From Bacteroidia bacterium (GTDB lineage: Bacteria; Bacteroidota; Bacteroidia; NS11-12g; UBA9320): DNA of 64,000 nucleotides. The notes beneath the pieces are model-generated. The model was not told where the DNA came from, ran no database searches, and saw only the letters and a program-made list of their open reading frames with translations. Positions 58,775 to 64,000 of the stretch are shown here, piece by piece; position 1 is the stretch's first letter; every line of letters starts with the position of its first letter. The position numbers and the translations under genes were made by a program. Location: the NCBI GenBank assembly GCA_965216465.1, contig CBDCFW010000006.1, positions 128,001 to 192,000 on the forward strand. Reading direction: 5' to 3'.

Positions 58775-61700
58775 TAGTAGAAATTCGGTCTTTTATTTCT
58801 TAAAGCTTCAAATTCTGGTTCGTCGCTTACACGGTAGCGCTGTCGATCTTCCATCTGCAAAATTCTCAATTGCATTTTAAGCTGTAAGGCTTGGTCCTCG
58901 TACTTGTTGAATCTAAAATCATCGTCGTAGTCATAGTCCCACTTTGCCAATTCAGCAGCAGCAGTATCAATCACTCCAATATATCCATACGACCATTCGT
59001 CATCATACGACGACTTTGACTTAAAGAAATATAAATATCCTGTATCTTCACCAACAACAGCCCAATCCTTTTGTATAAATTCAAGGCTGTCTTTTAAAAC
59101 ATTTATATAAGACAATTGAGCATAAAGTCCGGTTACAAGTTCTTGATGAGTATATTTTGAGGGGAACAAATCTAACCTGCCTATCGCTTGTAATCGTTGA
59201 TAAATTTCAATTCTATTGTTCTCATTTGCTGCAAAGTCTTCCCAAACTTTTGCATCTATTTTTTCACCATTTTGAAGCTTCAAGATTGCAAGGTCCATTT
59301 GTAATCCCGGGGAGCGAACTTCTTCAAGTTTTGTAAAGTACTTTTTCACCTTACTTTTTCTTGCATAAGGCAGAAGAAGTTTAGAGTAGTAATACAAATT
59401 GTCGTTGTAATTGAACAAGCCACTTCTCGACGATTCTTTTTCAAAGTTATTCCCTTTATACGACTCTTTTGCCTTCTGGCGTTTGATTGAATTTTTACCC
59501 TCCCAAACCAATTGATTGAGGTATTTTCTGTATCGTTTTGGTCTTACTATCCCACTATCGACAAGCGTGGTTAACAGTTCATATATGCTTGCTTTATACT
59601 CTGGAAGTGACGATAGCTGCAAAGCCCTTGGGTAAAAGTTCTTAGCTAAACTCAGACTATCATAAAAAGGATAGAACAATTGTTCGATATCGTCTTCGTC
59701 GTTAGACAAAGGTGTGTTGTCTAAAATAAGACTGGTATATAACTTAGCTGACTTCTTATTTTGCTGCCTAAGAATAGCTTTCAACACCGGAATCTGAAAG
59801 TTTACAGAGTCGCCAATATCCTCATAGGTTTGAACTAAGAATGGATAAACGCTTGGATGGTCAAGTCGACCTAGTTCTTGTATAATTTGAGTTCTATTGT
59901 AAGTCGCGTGTTTGCCGGAGAAATTCTGCTGATATGCTTTAATAAGTTTCGGAGCATCTTCATCTTGAAACGTTACGCTGTAAAATGAGTTTGCCGCTGC
60001 TTCTCTTGTTGTACTGTCTTCAGACGACAAATCATCTAGAAATTGTGCAACTTTTGGCTTGAGCACTGAGGTGCCAACAACCGTGTCCATTGGCCAGAAA
60101 GAATTGTAAAACTCCTGAATATAGTCACTTTTCGATCGACCGAAAGTTGTTTCTGAGAAAAGCGAATACATCGCTCCTTCTTTCAAAAAGTGTTTGACAT
60201 AAAAATTCCGTGAAGAATTGGTGTCACCAACTTCCAACTCTTGAATTTCCACATTGTCCTTAGTTTTAAAACTTTCACTTCTCAAATAGTATTCATCTTC
60301 TAAAAGTTCTTCTCGGTTGTCTTTCCAAATAGAATCAAGATGAAGCTCTGAATAATAGCGGTGAAAACGTTTAAACCTTACATAAATGGCTTCATCGGAC
60401 TGTTTGTTATAATATACCGCAGTTTTAAGTTCTTCTTCGTGACTATCATCTTCATCTGAACTAGACCCGTAGTAGTTATAATAATCCATTTCAGGCGGAA
60501 CATCTACACTCGTATTAACAGTAAAGTATCTTGCACTGTCTAATTTCAATTCTGTAGGACGACTAAATTTATAATCGTTCAGTTTCACCGAACTAAAAAA
60601 CCTATCTGCTCCTGCCTTGTTGTTAGTTTGAGCGACAAACAGATAATACTGTTTGCCCACCACAACACCACGAATGTACAGATTTGGAATGCCCTCTTTG
60701 ATTGCTTCCATCCTGTAGGCTGCAAATTGATCAAATGAATCATGGCCCATGGTCACAACTTCGTAGTCCAATTGACTTACAAAGTGATTGCACATCTGGT
60801 GAATTTCAAAAGAATCTTCTTCGATATAATCAAGGTCGCCATAGCTTCTATTCATCACAATAAAAAAACCGTCATTTTTATCGTAGCTCTGAACTGTCTT
60901 ATTCCAGAACCCCTTGATGAATGCATTGTTTTCTGCTTCAAAAGTCAAATTACCTGGCAAATGGACTGTATACGCGTTATTCTTTGGACTATATACGGTC
61001 CAATCTGATAGATTGTTAAACCTTATTTTATCAAAAAATTGACTAACCTCACTGCGTTTAACAAACTCCTTTTTCCCTCCAACTTTAAAGACCAAAATCT
61101 CTGTAGGCGTTACAAAGATGTTGTAGCGTTGAAAGTCTCCTTTTTTGGTTTGATTGAGTACATCGATACCTGGAATTCCGTCTACAACAATTCTCTCTTT
61201 ATTTTTAATCTTTCCAGGGATATTCTCAAAGAGTAACGAGTCAATTTTTTCTAGATACTCTTCTTGAGCTTGTCCAAACAAAGGTGCAAAAGTTTGAAAT
61301 CGACTTACCACATATGTAGCTCCATTTGCCATATCGGGGTAAGCAGCTAACATGGTGTTATTCGACTCTGGAAATTCATACAGCGGGCCTGGCATGTACG
61401 TACTGTATCGTCCATCAAATGAAGTTTGCTTTTTGAATTCGTGTTCGATGAAACTCGCCTCAAGTCGATCTTTGGTTTTTGTGCCATATTCTGACTTAAA
61501 AGTACTTACGGGTTTCACACTATACCCCATTTCTCTTAACAGGTTTATTACACCGTAGGAATTGGGTAAGTGGGCAGCTCCTATACCAGCAAAAAGACTT
61601 TGCTTCTGCATGATAGAATCCATCGCTTTTGCCATGCCCTTATTTCTTTCAATAATAATGAGGTCATGGTATTTTTGATTTGACCCTGACAATCTTGACA

Positions 61701-62406
61701 GTGAATCGAGCCAGTCTAAATCACCTCTTCTGTAGGCGTCTTCCATCACTTCTCCAAAACCCTTGCCGTCTAGCATTTTTTGAAGTAAGTGCCTATTTTG
61801 CTCAGCTTGTTCTTTTTGTGCTTTCTTTTTCTTTTTATCTCGTTCAGGTTTTGCGGCTTGTTCACCAAGTCTCATAGTCGTTCCCAATTTTTCGAGTCCT
61901 GTTATTTGTTTTCCTTGGCGTTTACCGGTTTGAAAAATGAACAAATCAAGATAAGTATCTTCCTGAAATTCTGCATTGTAGTTGCTGGTTCGGTAGAGTA
62001 AAGAGTTCAGAATTCCGAGTTCTGAAGCAAGCAATTTACCGATATCTTTATTTTCTGGTTTTTCAAGCTCAAAAATCGCTTTGTAAATTCCAGATCGTGC
62101 ATAGTCGCCGCGCATGCTAAAAACGTTGCCCATTCGATCTGCAACAAATGGATCGGAGGTCATGGTCTCCATCCACGTTTCAGGGTTTATTTCTAACGAA
62201 ACAACATCAACACTTTCAATAGCCTTATAGAACGAATCGCTTAGGTGAAAAGCAACTTTGTTGCTCACGTGCATTGTTCCATATAAAAAAGAAGGAGTTT
62301 CCATCCCGTTCCCACTAATTTCCCATAGGAGTCCTTGGTATTTTGTCTGTGCATGTGTTAGAGCAGACAAAAAAATAGTGAGAACAAATAATAATCTTAT
62401 TCGCAT
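58771..62406 (-). CDS. Large TraB/GumN (Tiki-like) family protein with about 900-aa C-terminal extension
   Basis: LLWEISGNG...SFLYGTMH, GLE, RN..MA, FAGIGAAHL. Signal peptide from ATG 62406. Confidence 0.82.
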   Translation of the reverse strand: MRIRLLFVLTIFLSALTHAQTKYQGLLWEISGNGMETPSFLYGTMHVSNKVAFHLSDSFYKAIESVDVVSLEINPETWMETMTSDPFVADRMGNVFSMRGDYARSGIYKAIFELEKPENKDIGKLLASELGILNSLLYRTSNYNAEFQEDTYLDLFIFQTGKRQGKQITGLEKLGTTMRLGEQAAKPERDKKKKKAQKEQAEQNRHLLQKMLDGKGFGEVMEDAYRRGDLDWLDSLSRLSGSNQKYHDLIIIERNKGMAKAMDSIMQKQSLFAGIGAAHLPNSYGVINLLREMGYSVKPVSTFKSEYGTKTKDRLEASFIEHEFKKQTSFDGRYSTYMPGPLYEFPESNNTMLAAYPDMANGATYVVSRFQTFAPLFGQAQEEYLEKIDSLLFENIPGKIKNKERIVVDGIPGIDVLNQTKKGDFQRYNIFVTPTEILVFKVGGKKEFVKRSEVSQFFDKIRFNNLSDWTVYSPKNNAYTVHLPGNLTFEAENNAFIKGFWNKTVQSYDKNDGFFIVMNRSYGDLDYIEEDSFEIHQMCNHFVSQLDYEVVTMGHDSFDQFAAYRMEAIKEGIPNLYIRGVVVGKQYYLFVAQTNNKAGADRFFSSVKLNDYKFSRPTELKLDSARYFTVNTSVDVPPEMDYYNYYGSSSDEDDSHEEELKTAVYYNKQSDEAIYVRFKRFHRYYSELHLDSIWKDNREELLEDEYYLRSESFKTKDNVEIQELEVGDTNSSRNFYVKHFLKEGAMYSLFSETTFGRSKSDYIQEFYNSFWPMDTVVGTSVLKPKVAQFLDDLSSEDSTTREAAANSFYSVTFQDEDAPKLIKAYQQNFSGKHATYNRTQIIQELGRLDHPSVYPFLVQTYEDIGDSVNFQIPVLKAILRQQNKKSAKLYTSLILDNTPLSNDEDDIEQLFYPFYDSLSLAKNFYPRALQLSSLPEYKASIYELLTTLVDSGIVRPKRYRKYLNQLVWEGKNSIKRQKAKESYKGNNFEKESSRSGLFNYNDNLYYYSKLLLPYARKSKVKKYFTKLEEVRSPGLQMDLAILKLQNGEKIDAKVWEDFAANENNRIEIYQRLQAIGRLDLFPSKYTHQELVTGLYAQLSYINVLKDSLEFIQKDWAVVGEDTGYLYFFKSKSSYDDEWSYGYIGVIDTAAAELAKWDYDYDDDFRFNKYEDQALQLKMQLRILQMEDRQRYRVSDEPEFEALRNKRPNFYY

Positions 62407-62466
62407 TACAATATTGTTGTCCAAAAATACTTGTAACGAATAAGATTGCAACTTTTATTTGACAGA

Positions 62467-62494
62467 AGGCCCTGTTTAACTATTAACAGAGCCT
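62467..62494 (-). terminator. Hairpin downstream of the OmpP1-like gene (weak terminator or stabiliser)
   Basis: On the - strand: AGGCTCTGTT...AACAGGGCCT with one G-U pair. Short U-tract. Confidence 0.35.
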
Positions 62495-62513
62495 AATGTC
62501 TAAACAATATAGA

Positions 62514-64000
62514 TTAAAATTTCGTGCTTAATGTTAGCACAACGCGGGTCGCATTTGCTGTACTCGACACTTCTCCAAAGTTCATACCTGGCACTGTGTA
62601 AGGCACATAGGTATTCTTCGTTATGTCTTTTACTACACCCAAATCAAATCCCCAATTTCTTTCTTGGATTCCTATTCCTCCAGAAACAAGTTTTCTGCTA
62701 ATTGCTTGACCATCAGCAATTGGGTTGCCGATAGATGCAAATCCTCCACGTACACGGAATGCATCAAAAGCATATTCTCCTCCTATCTTGAGGTTCATCG
62801 TTGACTGATATTTCTCGGTGATAAGATCGTTGCTTGACTCAAATAAGAAGTCGTCTGAAGACAAGCTCATGGTACTATAATCAACCGATTCAATTTCTGC
62901 CGTAACTAATCCAGATTTACCAAAGATATAAGCACCTTGTACACCATACTTCATAGGAGTAACAACGCTGTATGAATAATCTTTATCAATAGTTCTTAAA
63001 TCATCTGTGCTGCCATCATCATGCAGAACATAAAGCTGATCGTAGTATTGGTCCGTTAATCTAAGCACGGTAGGGGTATGGATTGTACCGCCAATTCGTA
63101 GGTTATTGTTTGGTCTAAAAATAAGGCCAAATCTGCCGCTATAACCTACTCCATTTGTTTCCAGTCTTCTGGTAAAATCGTAGCTATTCCAATTGTAGGT
63201 TGTCATCTGGTTATCGACTTCAGAAAATACATTCCGTTCTTCGTAACCTACGCTGTGAATATTTAGCCCGAATCCAAAATATACTTTGTGTTCATAGTTA
63301 GCTGCAAATGCTAAGTTGAATTCATTCATACCTCCTTTGGTTATTATTTTTCCTTTTTGACTTATTGGACCATTTGCAGGGTCGTAGTTGGCATAATAAT
63401 TTCCATTGGTTACTGAATCGATTAAGTACGAATACCAAAACATGTTTTCGAAGTAGTAAAATCCTCTGCTCAATTGTTCATCGTTTGCATCAAGTTGGGA
63501 TGCATCTAGGCCTCTAGCGTAGTCAGCAACATAATCAGTAAAAGAAGATCCTGAATTTTGTCCTTCGTAGCTTATCGTGCGGTTAAAATCTGCAGTTTTA
63601 TTCCAGCCGATTAAAAAACTATAATTGACCCAACCGTCTTTTGCAGGTTCGCCTCTTCTCATTTTTCTTTCTGTCGCTACGTAGTTTACACTTGGCAAGA
63701 TGGGCTTAAAAACGTTACTTACTTTATTTCCTCCGTCTAAATATTGCGATTCATTTTTTAGGGTTATGCTTCCTACCGAAAGATTGAAAGCTCCTCGTTT
63801 GTATTGTGCAAGGCCTGCAGGGTTAGTCAGTACTGCACTTGGGTCTGCTCCCACGGCACCTACTGCACCACCCATTCCAAGGCTTCGAGCAGTTGAACCA
63901 AGCGGAGAAGTGTTAGAATATCTGAGTGCATCAAGGTCACTCTGGGCTGATAAATTTGGGTATAACAATCCCATTATCGCTGCTAAAACAACTATTTTTT
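62514..64000 (-). CDS. OmpP1/FadL-family outer-membrane transporter, 5'-truncated by window edge
   Basis: DALRYS...TARSLGMGGAVGAVGAD...NPAGLA. Frame is open to the window end (KIVVLAAIM...). C-terminal F. Confidence 0.82.
   Translation of the reverse strand, partial: KIVVLAAIMGLLYPNLSAQSDLDALRYSNTSPLGSTARSLGMGGAVGAVGADPSAVLTNPAGLAQYKRGAFNLSVGSITLKNESQYLDGGNKVSNVFKPILPSVNYVATERKMRRGEPAKDGWVNYSFLIGWNKTADFNRTISYEGQNSGSSFTDYVADYARGLDASQLDANDEQLSRGFYYFENMFWYSYLIDSVTNGNYYANYDPANGPISQKGKIITKGGMNEFNLAFAANYEHKVYFGFGLNIHSVGYEERNVFSEVDNQMTTYNWNSYDFTRRLETNGVGYSGRFGLIFRPNNNLRIGGTIHTPTVLRLTDQYYDQLYVLHDDGSTDDLRTIDKDYSYSVVTPMKYGVQGAYIFGKSGLVTAEIESVDYSTMSLSSDDFLFESSNDLITEKYQSTMNLKIGGEYAFDAFRVRGGFASIGNPIADGQAISRKLVSGGIGIQERNWGFDLGVVKDITKNTYVPYTVPGMNFGEVSSTANATRVVLTLSTKF

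Noticed and set aside
58771-62406. TraB name suggesting a conjugative element
   Set aside because: TraB/GumN is a protease-like family; there is no relaxase, T4SS, integrase or att site in the window.
1-64000. CRISPR arrays, tRNA/rRNA genes, IS elements, prophage
   Set aside because: No regularly spaced direct repeats, cloverleaf or rRNA signatures, transposases or phage genes seen by eye; a tRNAscan/Infernal run would be needed to exclude them formally.

Overview
A very compact, AT-rich 64-kb chromosomal segment from a Bacteroidota (Bacteroidia-like) bacterium. The assignment rests on TAnnTTTG promoters, type IX secretion C-terminal domains, TonB-dependent and FadL-like outer-membrane proteins and a split MetH. 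It is mostly core and housekeeping genes: moaA, uvrC, pabB-like, cobB, MATE, lemA/TPM, murQ, rplM-rpsI-rpsB-tsf-pyrH, dcd, dnaG, lhgO, the metH N-terminal half, lptC-coaX-birA and rsfS, mixed with envelope proteins of unknown function. I see no rRNA, tRNA, CRISPR array, prophage, integrase or IS. The most interesting signals are non-coding or translational. (1) Two unannotated candidate small RNAs (about 16096-16230 and 21295-21420), each with a -7 promoter box, stems supported by G-U pairs, a shared GTTAGTT motif and a terminator; each is divergent from a signalling or secreted-protein gene. (2) Many start codons sit 4-6 nt after the -7 box, suggesting leaderless mRNAs, including a probable ACG start. 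(3) A 3'-5' exonuclease is broken by one extra T in a T7 run. (4) A missed 52-aa membrane peptide resembles a stand-alone IPTL-CTERM sorting signal. All functional calls come from motif recognition by eye; no database searches were run.
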